Origin: Eledone cirrhosa
Lineage: Eukaryota
NCBI GenBank assembly: GCA_964016885.1
Contig: OZ024742.1
Span: 268,894,001 to 268,958,000, forward strand
Direction of reading: 5' to 3'
Length of the DNA: 64,000 bases
Positions 28,258-42,003 of this stretch are shown here, piece by piece (position 1 is the first letter of the stretch; each line of letters begins with the position of its first letter). The position numbers and the translations under genes were made by a program. Under the pieces are notes generated by a model. It ran no database searches and was not told where the DNA came from. It worked only from the letters and a program-made list of their open reading frames with translations.

Positions 28258-31200
28258 AATCAATACCTACCGCAGGACTACAAAAATACCTAATAAAAAA
28301 CAAAGGAAAAGTAATACAAATAGCGAAGAAACATGAACAAAACAGAAAAACTGTTCTCAGTCTCCAAAGGAAGGCGGTGGGTCGATCTTCACTATAGACT
28401 CAGCCGATAGCCAGATCCGTTCTACACGCGACAATAGCTGTTTGGCATAACTCAACAGGTCAGTAATGCAGGGATTTTGGACAAGTGCGTGCAGAACGGT
28501 TTCGTCGCTCTGTGCGCATCTCAGACAGATCCGTCTGACAGCACTTCCGTGCCTGTAGAGTTTATCCCGAATCGGCAGTGCCCCACGGTAGTACTACCAA
28601 GCTAGGGGTTTCAGGAAATTGTCCATCGTCCCCGGCTTGAAAGTCCTCCGGAACAGACCGGTCAGTTCGACTTCATCTAGGCCCAAAGCTTCTCCGAGTG
28701 AGACATTGCACTTACCCACCACTAATCCTCTATAGAACTCGAGAGTGGAAGTTCCACTGATCGCATTACCTGCTTGGTAGTGGGCTGTGAGTGCCTGGCA
28801 ATATTCCAGGTGCCAGTCACCCAGTCTTGGATTCTTCTTGCAGGAATGCAGGTCAGTCAAAAAATGAGCTGCGGAAAGGCCCGCCTGATAAACGGTGAGC
28901 ACAACTGTTTACCATTTAGGCAGAATATCTGGAGATGTCGCAGCCTCAGCACATGTCTACGTATCATTAGCCATGGCACGCCCAGCCCTCCGCTTAGAGG
29001 GTGCTGGCAGAAAATGGACCGCCTCATCAACGGGATTTATCCCATCCACAAGAATTCGAAGAGGAGCCGTTCCAACTTGGCGAGACGCGACGGGGGCAAG
29101 GCACGACAGGAGCAAGGCACGACGGTCACGCGGTAGTAGATGAGGGACGCGATATACGCCATCACCACCCCTGCGCGACCTTTCAGTGATAGATTCCTCG
29201 CAGTCTATTTTTAGGTGAAACTAACTACACTGCTCGTTTTTCTTTATCAGCGTCACTACGCCCGCGCTCACAGAACTGATAATACTCATGTTCTGCTGCC
29301 AGATGCAGCAGAACACTTCGAAGAGATCGGAGAACAAGTCTGGCATATTTAAGTAAAGCTCCTAGGGCAGACCATCCAAACCGGTTAATTTCCGCCTCAT
29401 GCAGCCGACAAGAGCATCCTGAATTTCGGCTGAACTAATTGGCCTTTCGCAGAGCTCAGCGTCGGCTGTCGAGAGTTGCGGCAAGCCATCCAGGTAGGGA
29501 CAGAAGTCCGCCACCGTCTCTGGGCCACCACTTCCCCAGAACAACTGGGCAAAATATTGGCGAATGGCCTGACACATCCGCTTGGAATCGTTCAGCTGGT
29601 GTTCGTCTTGGTCCGTCAAAGACTATATTGTGGTTTTATTACTACTCTGTGCCTGTACCACGCGGGCCCATCAAACAGGTTTGGTTCCCTCGTTTAGCAG
29701 AGCACGCGCATTTGCTCTGACAATGCAACCTTCGTGTTTTGCATTGAAGAAATGATCTAATTCCATTCTCGTCGCTAGCACGTCAGTTTTAAAGCCACTA
29801 CAAATAGCCTCGTCTAACGTATCTACCATCTCTCGCTCCTTTCTATTTTTCTCTAACGCTACCTCTTTGCAAAACCCTATCAATAATACTCTAATCTATC
29901 TTTTGAGAGCCACCCACCATCTATTGTTGACGACTTACCCTGTCTACATGTCTTAACTAAATCGTTGTCCCAGTCCCTGTAAGCCTTCTGTGCCGGAAAC
30001 GACATGTTCAATTTCCAGTAATCAGGTCCTAACCTACGCGTTTCATCTAGGTTGATCATACATATCACAAATTTGTGATCTGAATAGGCGACCGTATATA
30101 ATTGGGGAAACTCTATAGTATCCTTATCCACTAATCTAATTAGAAACCTATCTAAGTACGATCTAGATCGCGCTAAACGATTTGTCCAGGGCCACACTGG
30201 CGCATTATGGAAATCCAGTCGGTACCTATCAGACAGTTGCAACGGGCTGATCAGGTACTTAAGTGTTTGGCACCCTACCCCATCTCCGGCTCCTATCGAA
30301 TACACTCACATAGCACCAGCGTGCCTCCAAGATGCCGTTCCAGTGCCTCGCTAACACTAAAGGGCGGGACTTACCCAGAAAGGCTTCCAGGCGGCTAAAG
30401 AAACCGGCCGTCCTTCCCCGGTAGGGGCGTAAATGGCCACCAGTCTAAAGCACCACCTTCACTATTGTCCACGTCCAGGACCACCAACTTACCCTCCGGC
30501 TCCCGAAAGATCGACCATACCTCGTGATACAGGCCTTTCCTAAACAGCATTGCCACGGTACCTCCCATCCCGGCCGACAAACAGATGCGAATATCTGACA
30601 GTCGTCGAAAATAGGGGCTAGTGCGCGCGTGTCGGAAATCCTGGTCTCGATGACGGCAATTACATCCATTTCTAGCGAACTGACGTCGTTGAACAGGTGA
30701 CCCTGATTCCAGGACGATCCCAGGCCTCCGATATTTAAATATTCTACTCTTAATATGGTCATGTTGGTAGGCTAAAGGGTGAGGAAACGTTTACTTACCT
30801 TCCGGGTTCTTGTGAAGATCGGGTGTTTCGACCTCCATAATTGGTGGGGTCTCTTTTGGGAACCCCTTTATGAACTGACTTGAGGTTTTACACTGAGTTT
30901 TCCCACGTCGTTGGAGAAGCTCTTCCTAATTGTTTTATAATTGCTTAGTGCCATTCGCAACAGTAGAAGTATTTATCGCACCTTGAAGGTGGAGGTGTTA
31001 AACACCTCACCCTCATTCTCTATTTCCTTGATTAGTGTTATGAGGTTCAGTAGTTTTCTGTTAAATTTCGTCACTAACACGAAGTTAGGTGTTGTTGTGG
31101 CTGTAAGTTGTTGCTGTGTGTATTTTATTTTAGTTGTTTGTGATAGTGGTTGTGTTGTTGGTGTAGATGGTATTTGTGCTGCTGCGGGTGTTGGTGTTGT

Positions 31201-31397
31201 AGTATGTGTGTTTGTGTTTGGTGTGATTGTGTTTTTTCTTTTGTTTGCTGTTTGTGTTGGTGTGTGAGATTTCTTCTTGCGTTTTATTTTTTTTATTTTT
31301 TGTCTTTTGGTGTTCCGCCTCATCTTCGCTCAGTGATGAAGAGGTTTCTGCCTTTGTGTCAGATATAAGTGGCAGTGCGTGTATGGGCGTGCGTGTT

Positions 31398-31428
<31 letters not shown>

Positions 31429-32931
31429 TTGGGAGGTGGGGAACGGGAGAGCTTCTTTGGAGTGGCCCCAGGGTGGTCTTTGCAGTTGATGTTGGTTCTG
31501 CTAGTCTTGATGCTGCAGATTTTGTTGTTGGTGTTGTTGTTTCGCGATGAGGGCTCGGCGTCGGCAGCAGCGGTGAATTTGAACCCTTGTATTTTTCAAC
31601 AGCTGAGAACAGATGGCTCGCAAGTTTTTTCTTCGCCGCAACCGAAACAGTGCGGCATTTTGCCCTCAGCCATCTCTCATAGAGCCATCCCGTTTTGTAG
31701 GCGGTTCTGCTCTGGTATTTTCTTTATTTCTTCCGGTTTAATCTGGATATACTTCCCCAGATCAACCCCGGACCAGCCCTCTCTTCCGGTCTTGGCTACC
31801 TCTATTGCGACGGCATCTTACCCCTCCACAATCACGCTCCCACGAGCCACCACGTATCTGTTCCATGTGGAATCCTAGGAATGCGGAATATAACCATTCT
31901 TTTTCCAATGTTGGAGGGGTACATAATAACGTTGCTGCTTTTCCATGGGTCAGCGAGTGCTTCAAAGCGAGGGACTCCGACTTAAACAGCACCGGGATAG
32001 TGCCGTATTGGCGACCCCTCGTACTCCTACGTACTCTGTATCCCCTCTGATGCACGTCAGCGCAGGTTCGATGTCTGCTTGGGTAGAGTTTGTGGCCCTT
32101 TTTGTCTCAGCTGAGATGCATCTGAAAACCAGAGTTCTGCTCTCCACCGCTTCTATGGCCTCTGCGCCTACAGTTAAATTGGCCCAGGTTTGCTCCTCTT
32201 TGCTCCTGTTCCATGCCTGGGCCAAATTTGTCTCCTTGTTTGTCAACTCCAAGTTGAAACATGGCCTTTTCGTGGTTGCTGCCGCAGCGAAAGTGTTGTT
32301 GTTGTTGTCGTTGTTCTTGTTGTTGCTGTCATCACTGTTGCAGTTGGTCATGTCTTTGGTGCCGCCGTTTTTCTCGGTGCAGTAGGTATTTCTGCTGTTG
32401 GTGCTGTCGCTATTTATGTTCTGGTTAGTGGTGTTAATTTCGTTTTTCTTTTTCTTGTCATCATTTTTGTTGTCTCTCTTTTGATTTTCGCTGTTACTGC
32501 TGTGGTTGGTGTTATCGTTGTTTTTTTTTTTTTGTTTTTTGTTAAGGTTATTGTTCTCACTATTGGTGTGGTTGCTGTAACTGTTTATTCTGTTTGTGGT
32601 GGTGTTGCTAAATGTATTTGTAGTATAAATCATTGTGTTTACCGCTTCCCTCCTCTCAACATTTAGGTCGCTGTCACACGACAGCAGACTTAAACTTAGG
32701 GGTCATAGCTCAGCCATGCTTTTTTTATTCTAGAATTTTTTTAAAAATACAAAAAAGTTAAAATATTCTGGTCAAAGGGCCCAAATATTACGCAGTAACC
32801 CCTTCAAAGGGCAAAGACGGAAGTCTTACGACCCTCTTCAAAGAATACAATAATTATTATAAATGAAAATAAACAGAAAATGTCCTACGTTTACGGAACT
32901 CCCAAAACACGTCCTCACTGACCGACAGCCA
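28258..32931 (-). mobile_element. Tx1/L1-clade LINE copy B, decayed, RT core deleted
   Basis: ORF1 remnants 30973-32633; APE endonuclease remnants (MTILRVEYLNIGGL, SYLDRF, YSDHK) 29880-30762; jumps from VVTLIKK to RNLSLKGRA near 29200; homologous to 34798-40688. Confidence 0.88.
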
Positions 32932-32934
32932 ATG

Positions 32935-32987
<53 letters not shown>

Positions 32988-34678
32988 CCTGGAGATCTTC
33001 AGGGTGGCAGATAACATCAGACAGTTGCTGGGCAGGAGTATGGGGTCCTGGGAGACAGAGTTGACATCAACTGGAGTATCCTTGGGAAGCGTGAAGATCA
33101 AGAGAGGTATCTTCCAGGGAGATAGCCTGTCCCCTCTGTTGTTTGTCCTTGCCCTGATGCCCTTGACCATTATGCTGCGAAAAGTGAGAGCAGGATACAA
33201 GTTGGGAAGGGGAGAGCTTACCATCAATCACCTCCTCTTCATGGACGATCTTAAGCTCTTCGGGAAAAGTGAGAAGGAGTTGGATGTGCTTGTTGACACT
33301 GTCCGTATTTTCAGCAGTGATATATGTATGCAGTTTGGTATTGGTAAATGTGGAGTCATTGTGATGAGGAGGGGTAGGTTGAGCAGAAGTAACGGGATCC
33401 AGATACCAACAGGTGAGATGATAAAGGAAATTGACTCTGAGGAAGGATAACAAGTATTTGGGCGTTCTGGAGGATGATGGCATAAAGAACAAAAAAATGA
33501 AGGAATTGTTAAGAACTGAATACTTTCGGAGAGTAAGGAGCGTATTGAAGTCACATCTGAACAGCAGAAATGCCATAAGCGCAGTAAATTCCCGAGCTGT
33601 GTCTATTATTAGGTACAGTGCGGGAATTCTGAGATGGAATGTTGCTGAACAAAAAGAAATGGATAGGAAGACTAGGAAGCTATTGACTATCTACAACATG
33701 TTCCACAAGAGGAGTGATGTCGATAGACTCTACCTAAGGAGATCTGAGGGTGGAAGAGGTCTTATCAGCATAGAGGACTGTGTTCAGATGGAGAAAAACA
33801 ACCTATACAAATACGTGACCTATAGTAAGGAGCCAATGCTCAGAGCTGTACTGAAGGAGGGGACAGTAGGCCAGGGGATACCCAAGGAGGAAATAACATC
33901 AAGGAGGAAGAGCAGCCTTAAGGGAAAATCCCTTCATAGTACCTTCTTTGAGAAAACTGAATTTAGAGATCCACAGACATGGAACTGGTTGAGAAGAGGA
34001 GACCTCAAAAAGGCTACAGAAGGAATGCTAATGGCTGCGCAGGAGCAGGCCCTCAAAACGAAGTGGTTGAAGCACCATATCTACAAGGAGGAGGCTAGCC
34101 CACTGTGCAGGATCTGTGGAGAGAGAGAGGAGACTGTGGCTCACATTGTGTCCGAGTGTAAACACCTAGCCCAGACCCACTATAAGGGCTGGAGACACGA
34201 TGTGATGGGCAGGGTGATCCACTGGCACCTGTGCAAAGTAAACAATCTACCACATTCTGAGAAATGGTATGAGCATAGGCCAGAGGCGGTGATGGAGAAC
34301 AGTCAGGTGAAGGTGCTGTGGGATTTTAGGATACAGACGGACAAAAAACTGGAACACAATAGACCTGACCTGGTGGTTGTGGACAAAGAAAAAAGATCGT
34401 GCCTGATTGTGGATGTGGCCTGCCCGTTCGACACGAGAGTGCAAGAGAAGGAGAGGGAGAAAATTAACCGATACCAGGACCTAAAGTGGGAGGTGAAAAG
34501 GATTTGGAACTGCCATGAAGTCAAAGTGATCCCGATTGTCATAGGCGCACTGGGGACTATCTCCAAATGTTTCCAGGGATGGTTAAAGAAAATCGGCCCC
34601 TTCACGCTTTTTGGAACGCTTCAAAAGGCATGCTTGCTTGGAACGGCAAGAACCCTCCGATACGTCCTGAATATCTGA
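32988..34678 (+). pseudogene. RT-CCHC-RLE polyprotein fragment, one frameshift near 33445
   Basis: RGIFQGDSLSPLLF, HLLFMDDLKL, KYLGV, CRICGEREETVAHIVSEC, RPDLVVVDK...IVDVACP...EKINRYQDL. Confidence 0.9.
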
Positions 34679-34752
34679 GGCTGCAGGTAGTGGCTTGATA
34701 TTCAATCCAACGGACTTTCCAGTTAACCAACATCAATGACTGAGATTCAAGG
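32988..34752 (+). mobile_element. 5'-truncated R4/Dong-like non-LTR retrotransposon
   Basis: RT C-terminal half, CCHC knuckle and restriction-like endonuclease; bounded by (TAA)n at 32935-32985 and (AATAAC)/(AAT)n at 34753-34797. Confidence 0.92.
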
Positions 34753-35052
34753 AATAACAATAACAATAACAATAATAATAATAATAATAATAATAATGAT
34801 TTCTTTATTAACCACAAGGGTTTACATAAAGTAGACATTAAGGACAGTGCAGGACAATGCAGGACGGTACAAATGGGCAGTTCTGCGTGTAAAAAAACAA
34901 AAAAAAACAGAGGGTGTAACAGAAAATAACAATGAAAAATTCCCCAATAGGGGGGAGACTTCGGAGGGTCATTTGTGGAGAAAGCCCAGTAAAAAGCCAC
35001 AATGACCCTGACCACCAAGGCAAGTGCCCTCTCCCAGTTTTCCACCTTTAAT

Positions 35053-38000
35053 TTACAGATATATACTCAGAGTAGGCCCATTCACTCGGGCCATTCTTGC
35101 TTCTCTCACCCATCTTTCAACAAAATGCTGGGAAGAGAGCACTTCCCTCTCTAATCTGATTTTCCTTTTCAAATGAAATTTGAAAAAGTCAATCAGAGCA
35201 TCACCGAAGAGGTAAGTGCTCGTCTTCAGCCCTTTCAAGCGTGTCCACCATACTATCTCTTTCGCCATGGCCACCAGACAGATAAAAACTGCCTGCCCTT
35301 CCCTGCTAAAGGAGGAGGGCGGGGAAATCCTCACGATGGACTCAGATGATAGCCGGATCCGTCCTAAACGCGACAGCAGGTGTTCGACATAAACCCACAA
35401 GTCAGCAATTTTCGGACACTGGACGAGTGCGTGCAGGACGGTTTCGTCGCCCTGTGCGCATCTCGGACATGCCCGGCTGACGGCACCTCCATGCCTGTAG
35501 AGTTTATCCCGAACTGGCAAGGCTCCTCGGTAGCACTGCCAGGCCAGAGATTTCTGGAAGTTGTCCATAGGCCCTGGCCCGAAAGTTCTTCCGAAGAGAT
35601 TGGCTAGTTGATTTTCGTCGACGCCTAGAGTTTCCCCAAGTACGTCGTCGCTCTTCCCCTCCACTAATCCTCTATAGAACGCCGAGGTGGAGTTTCCACC
35701 GATCACATTGCCCGATTGGTCGAGGGCTGTGAGCGCCTGAAGACATTCCAGTCTCCAGGCGCTCCTTCTCGGTCTTCGCTTGACCCAGGACTGCAGCTCC
35801 GTCAAGGAAACGAGCTGGGGAAATACGTGTCTCGCAAACGGCGACCACACCTGATCACCGTCGAGGAAGAGGTGGAGATGACGTAGCCTGAGCGCGTGCC
35901 TGTGCATCATCAGCCACGGCATGCCCAGCCCTCCACGTAGCGGGTGTTGACAACAGATGGACCGCCTGACCATCGGAGCGCGTCCCTTCCACAAAAAGCG
36001 AAAGAACAAACGCTCCAGCGCAGTCAGGCGAGGCTTAGGACAAGGTACGACGGTCAGGCGGTAGCAGATGACAGACGCGATGTACGCGTTAGCCACCTCC
36101 GCTCGACCTTTCAGGGATAGCTTCCTCTCCGCCCATTTCTGGGTGAGAGAAGCCACCCTGCTCGTCACCTCGTCCCAGTTTTTGTCCGTCTGGAGGTCCG
36201 GACCGAACCAGACCCCTAGCAATTTAACCGGTCCGTCCGTCCAGCGTCCGACGACGCTGTTGGACGGCATGGACCTGCCTCTCCAGGTGCCGAGCTGCAG
36301 GCCCACTGACGTTTCCTGGTTGATCATTGCTCCTGTCACCGCTTCGTATTCTCTTAGTGTAGTGCCGATCGCCTCGATGTGTTTGGCGTTCGACACCACT
36401 ACGGTGACATCGTCGGCATATGCTGACACGGATCTTCCGCATCCTAGTTCCCGCGGGACTCCCCTCAACGTCTCCAGTTTGTGCAGTAATGGCTCGAGAG
36501 TCAATACGTACAAGAGGGACGAGAGGGGACATCCTTGGCGGACCGAGCGCATGATGTTGAACGGTTCCGACAGGTGACCGTTCACTCTCACCACAGAGCA
36601 GATGTCGCTGTGCATGGCAGCGATCCAGCCTCTGAAGACGGTCCCAAAGCCAGCCGCCCTCAGGACTGCCGCTAGGTAACGATGGTCGACCCTATCGAGA
36701 GCTTTCGACTGATCTAAATTGATCAAGGACCCACCCGTGCCAGGTTCCTTAGCTACCCTCTCTACGATGTATCGCATGAGGTGGAGGTTGTCGTGGATGG
36801 ATCTGTCGGGAATGGCGCATGTCTGCGCCTCTCCCACCAGACCACCTACGACAAGCGCCAACCTCTTTGCTAGCACCTTGGCCAAAATCTTGAACTCTGT
36901 GTTTAGCATAGTTATGGGCCGGAAATTATCTATGTTATCCCCCTTGTTCGGATCCTTTCTCAGCAGTGCCACCGCTCCTCGGCTCACAGAACTGGGAATT
37001 CTCCCGTTCTGTTGCCAGTTGCAGTAGACGTCCGCCAAGAGGCCTCCGAACAAATCTGCGGCAGTCCGTCGAGGTAGACACTAAAGTCCATCCCTCGACC
37101 CGGCCCACCGCTGCCCCCGAACAGCTGAGCGAAGTGTCGCTGAAAAGCTTCACACATTTGCCCGGGATCGAGTAGCATGCGCCCGTCGTGGTCCACCAAA
37201 GACCGGATCGTGGCTTTGTTGCCACGACGCGCCTCCGCCACTCGGGCCCATTGAACGGCTTTCGTCCCCTCGTGTCTGAGAGCACGCACGCTTGCTCTGA
37301 CAACGCAGCCTTCGTGCTTTGCATTGAAGAATTGGTCAAGGGCCAATTTCGCCGCAAGCACGTCGGTCGCAATGCCTTTGCTAAGCGCCTCGTCTAATTT
37401 TCTAACTAGTTCTCCCTCTGCTCTATTTTTCTCTATTGCTAAAGCCTTACTAAACCTAATCGATTCTGTTCTAATCGCTCTTTTCGGAGCAAACCACCAC
37501 TTGTTGTTGACGATAGCCCCCGTCAACGCCCGCTTAACTAGTTCTCTAATCCGGTCTCTGTAGGCCTTGCGCGCTGGTAAGGATGCGTTCAGCTTCCAGT
37601 ATCCGGGTCCTCGTCTATGAAGCCTATCTAAGTCAAGCACACAGATCACGAATTTGTGGTCCGTGTAGCTGACTATCTTGAATTGTGGACAGCCTATGCT
37701 AGACCTATCTATTTCTCTACAAAATACTCTATCTAGATATGATCTGGATGACCCTATGCGATTTGTCCAAGTCCACATTGGCGCATTCGGGAAATCCAAT
37801 CGGTACCTGTCAGACAGTTCAAAACGCCTGAGCAGGTTGGTGAGGCTCTTGCACCCTCCACCCCTATCCGCTAATCCCACACAGTCCCAGCGTGCATCTA
37901 AGATCCCGTTCCAGTCGCCCACTAACACTAAAGAGCGGGACGTTCCAAGAAAGCTCTCCAGACGCCGGAAGAAATCAGGCCGCCCTGCTCCTGTCGGGGC

Positions 38001-38336
38001 ATAGACGGCCACTAGCCTGAAAGCTTGCCCGTCTCCGCTGGTCACGTCCAGCACCACCAGCTTACCCTCTGGGTCCAGGAAGATGGCCCGTATGGCGAGA
38101 TCCAAACCTCTCCGAAAAAGCACAGCAACTCCTCCCCCCGATCCAGGACGGCTGGGAGATGCGTACACATCGTAGCCGCCGAAGATCGGTGCGAAGGCCC
38201 GTGCTTCGGAGATTCTGGTCTCACTGATGGCCACTACATCTATGTTTAGTGACCTGAGGTCGTTGAGCAGGTGACCCTGCTTCCATGACGACCCCAAGCC
38301 GCGCGCATTTATGCTGCCTATTCTGAGTGAGGTCAT
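35053..38336 (-). pseudogene. LINE ORF2: APE endonuclease + RT + CCHC, broken by a deletion at ~37055
   Basis: SINARGL, VAISET, VGDWN, SYLDR, YTDH; FRPITMLN, LDQSKALDRV, RQGCPLS, AYADD; CPRC...H...C. Confidence 0.93.
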
Positions 38337-38371
38337 GTTTAAAATAGAGTGGAAAAGATGGGAAAGACCAC

Positions 38372-40389
38372 TTACCGTACTTTTGGTAGAGGAGGGATGA
38401 TTTTTACATCCCTTTTCACTTGATCGTCTGGTGAAGGGACCGTTGAATCGTCCCTTCGGCTGGTCGTCGGCTCTTCTAAGAGAATGTCTGAATATACTCT
38501 TCGATTGATAGTTCCTCCTAGGTCCCTGAAATCACCAACTGCGTTGGGGAATTTCGTTTTAATGGTTGTGTATTGTTTCTGTGCTATTTTTAGCAGTCTT
38601 ATGTTAGTTGGCGTTTTGATTGGTGCTGGTATGATGTAGTCGTGTTGTGAAATGTCTGTATGTTCAATTATGTAAGTCATTAGTTTCTTGTTGTGTGTAT
38701 TTATTGCCGTGCATTCGTTGTTCTGGGGGTGGGGTGTGGTTCTGCTATTTTCTTGTCGTTGTTGCTGGGTGTGTGTGTTTTGTTGTTGTGTTTGCGATGT
38801 TGGTGCTTGTGGTGGTGGTTTTGAAGGTGTTGTTGGCGGTGGGGTTGTCGCCGGTGGTGATGGTGGTGCTAATGTGGGTGGTGATGGTGTTGGTGGTGTT
38901 GCTGCTGTGGTTCTCTTTGCAGTAGACGTTACCCTTTTCTCATTTCTTTCCTCCCTTTTCAAAGGCGACGATGCGCTGCTTCTGCGTTTGTGCCTTCTTA
39001 CGACCTTTTGCCATCCCTCTCCCACCTCACACTCCATGTCTGATTCTGTGAGGTCGAGGAGGGGTACCAGCTCTACTCTTTCACTTGTTGTTGTTGGTGA
39101 TGTTTGCACTGGAGTCTCTATTGCAGCTGCATTTGGTATTGCTGTTGTTTTTGTTAATATTTCCACTGCTGCTGCTGTTTTTGATTTCCGTGGCGTGGGT
39201 ATGGGTGCCACGGACCTATCGTTCCTGGTTGCCGCTTGTCCTGTTGCTGGTAGCCGTGGAGCCGGTTTCGGAAGGAGGGGGGTTTTCTCCGTTCTCAGGG
39301 TCTTCTCGTTGCAGAAGGCCCTGAGGTGAGTCTTCGACCCACAGCGAAAGCATTTCGGGCGTTTTCCCTCAACACTTATGGGCAGTTGAGTGCCGTTATC
39401 GAAGTCTATCACATCCGGGATAGCTTCGATGCACTCCTGGTTGGTTTGGATTAGCATCTCAATGGAGGTGCCGACCCAATCTTCTCTTACTTTTTTCTGT
39501 ACTTGCAGTACAGTTGTTTTGTCCTCGATTCCGACGAGGACAGACGCGGCAAGCCAAGAAGGGCCATTCCGGGGGGGACGTGGGTCAGTTTGACCCTCAC
39601 AATTTTTTGCCCGCAGTAGGAGGGCACCAACACCATTTCCTCGCTCCTTAGGGTCACTACGGATTGGGCCTTTGCCTCCTGGGGTGTGGCAAAAAGTACG
39701 TCTACGGTGGCATATTTTTTGCCTCGGGTGATGTGCGTTTTCCGCTGCCACACAGACCCCAAGGCTTTTTGTATTTGCGCCTCTGTGGCTCTTTCCACCC
39801 TACGGGATTTTGTACTTACTGTACGGTACGTGACCGTACAGTGCTGTTGGGTTTCGAAACATTTTTCCGCTGCCTTGCAGATTGCTCGGTGTCCATTCTT
39901 TGTCACCATCTTCTTCGCTTCCTCTAATTCCTCATTTGTTATGAGGATTGTTTCCAAGTTTTTCGCAATACCTGCAAATGAGATTGTTTTTTCTTTGCTG
40001 CTGCTGTTGTTGTTGTCGTCAGAGCTGCTGTTACTTTTGTTGTTGCTGCAGGTACTACGACTACTGCCTCCGCCGCTGTTGCTGTGGTTGTTGTTGGTGT
40101 TGCTGCTGCTAATGCTGTTGTTGTTTATGCTGCTGGTGATGCTGTTGCGGCTGCTACTGTTGTTTTCATTGTCACTGTTGCTGTTGTTATTACGGCTGCT
40201 ACTGCTATTATTCCTGACGTCAGACGAATTAACTGGGTTTTTGTATTTCCCGCACACCTGTTTCGTCGCTGTCGTCGTCGTCGTGGAGAAACCTTGCACG
40301 CTTTGCACGAGACTTTTCTTTTCTTTCGTCGCTTGCGAAAGAGAAGGGAGGGAGAGAGACACATTTAAAGAAGGGAGGGAGAGAGACAA
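38372..40389 (-). pseudogene. LINE ORF1 (gag-like, CCHC zinc knuckle), frameshifted near 39600
   Basis: Ser/Asn-rich N-terminus, CFRCGSKTHLRAFC knuckle, Pro/Thr-rich C-terminus; split over ORFs 39487-40389 and 38372-39751. Confidence 0.85.
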
Positions 40390-40716
40390 TCTTCTCTCTG
40401 CTGTAGTGACGATTGAGGAAAAGAAGACGGAATGAGTGGGAGTGACCTATGCAAATTCTTTTTCGTAGCCATGTTGTTTTTTTTTGTTTAAAATAAATAT
40501 TGGGTACAAAACCCCAATAAGCAGTTATTTAACCCCGAAGGGCCAAATAACGGGCAGAAAGACCCCTCTCACGAGGAGGAGGGTGTTTTTGTCTACAAGT
40601 TGGTCTAAGTTTTAAACAATTTACAATTGTTAAAGCGTTCAAAATTTACAGTACCTTACAGAGCCGAGCCTCCGTCAACCATAGCATTCAATAATAATAA
40701 TAATAATAATAATAAT

Positions 40717-41604
40717 ATTTTCTTTATTAACCAGAAGATTTGACTTAAAATATAACATTAAGGAGAGCATAGGGCGGTACAAGACGGTACAAATGAGCAT
40801 GTCTGCTTGTAAAATAAATAATATCAAAGGAAACGACAAAAAAAGGAACAAAGGAATATTCCCCAATGGGGAGGAGGGCTTACGGGGGACACTCGTAGAT
40901 AAATCCCATAAAAAAAAGGCACGACGATCCTGACACCAGGGCAAGTGCCCTCTCCCAGTTATCCACCGCTAATTTACAGGCGCATACTTTGAGCTTGCCC
41001 ATTAATTCGGGCTAAGCCTATATTTCAACAAAATACTGGGAAGAGAGCACTTCCCTCTCTACCCTGATTTTCCTTTTCAAATGAAATTTGAAAAAGTTAA
41101 TCAGGGCATCAACGAAGTGGTAAGTGCTCGTCTTCAGCCCTTTCAAACGCGTCCACCACTCGACCTCTTTTGCCATGGCCACCAAGCAGATAAAACTGCC
41201 TGCCCTTCCTGGCTAAATAAAGACGACGGGTAATGCTCACGATCGACTCAGCTAATAGCCGGATCCGTCCTACACGCGACACCAGGTGTTCGACATAAAT
41301 CCTCAAGTCAGCAATGCTCGGACAATGTACGAGTGCGGGCAGGACGGTTTCGTCGCCCTGCACGCAACTCGGACAGGCCCGGCTGACGGCACTTCCATGC
41401 CTGTAGAGTTTACCCCAAACTGGCAAGTCTCATCGGTAGCACTGCCCAGCTAGGGATTTCTGGATGTTGTACATGGGCCCCAGTCCGAAAGGTCTCCTGA
41501 AGAGATTGGCTAGTTGATTTTCGTCGACACCCAGAGTCCCCACAAGGACCTCGTCGCTCTTTCCCCCTACTAACACTAAATAGAACGCGAAGGTGGAGTT
41601 TGCA
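40717..41604 (-). mobile_element. 5'-truncated Tx1/L1-like copy C (3' end)
   Basis: Aligns with 34800-35697 (KLYRHGSAVSRACPSC); ends AATAAAGAAAAT(ATT)n. Confidence 0.9.
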
Positions 41605-41612
41605 TAATAATA

Positions 41613-42001
41613 ATTCTAATGGTTTCTTTATTGGCAACAAGTGCTAACATGAGGAAAAACATTACAGACTACACAGAACGGTACAGGGCGATGCAAATTA
41701 GGTTTTGGCTGTGTAAATATATTATAACAAGAAGATAGAAATGTGTAGAAGCAAATTTAAAAAAATCAAACGACAAACATTTTCCAATAGGCGGGAAACG
41801 CCCGAGAGTCACTCGTGGCGAAGACCACACAAAATACCACGGCCACCCTGACTACCAAAGCAAGCGCCTTCTCTCAGTTCCCCCATTCCTCAGTCTACAG
41901 GCGCATACCCAAACTCACCACTTTCGCCCACCGTTCAATAAACTCATTGGAAGAGAGCACCTGCCTCTCCAGCCTGATTTTCCTCTTCAAGTGAAATTTG
42001 A
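41613..42001 (-). mobile_element. 5'-truncated Tx1/L1-like copy D (3' end)
   Basis: FKFHLKRKIRLERQVLSS...; 3' UTR homologous to copies A and C; preceded on the minus strand by (TTA)n 42004-42073. Confidence 0.88.
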
Positions 42002-42002
42002 A

Positions 42003-42003
<1 letters not shown>

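Larger units (their letters stand above)
34798..40688 (-). mobile_element. full-length, young Tx1/L1-clade LINE copy A
   Basis: 5' UTR, ORF1, ORF2 (APE-RT-CCHC) and 3' UTR ending AATAAAGAAATC(ATT)n; (TAA)n on both sides. Confidence 0.95.

Noticed and set aside
36068-36577. Long antisense ORFs over the LINEs and CRE element (also 38688-39329, 39686-40435, 56556-57164)
   Set aside because: Shadow frames of GC-rich or low-complexity coding sequence
40540-40680. HDV-like ribozyme at the LINE 5' end (ctc-CTCCTCGT-gag resembles P3/L3)
   Set aside because: No matching P1 5' strand, P1.1 GG or P2 could be found
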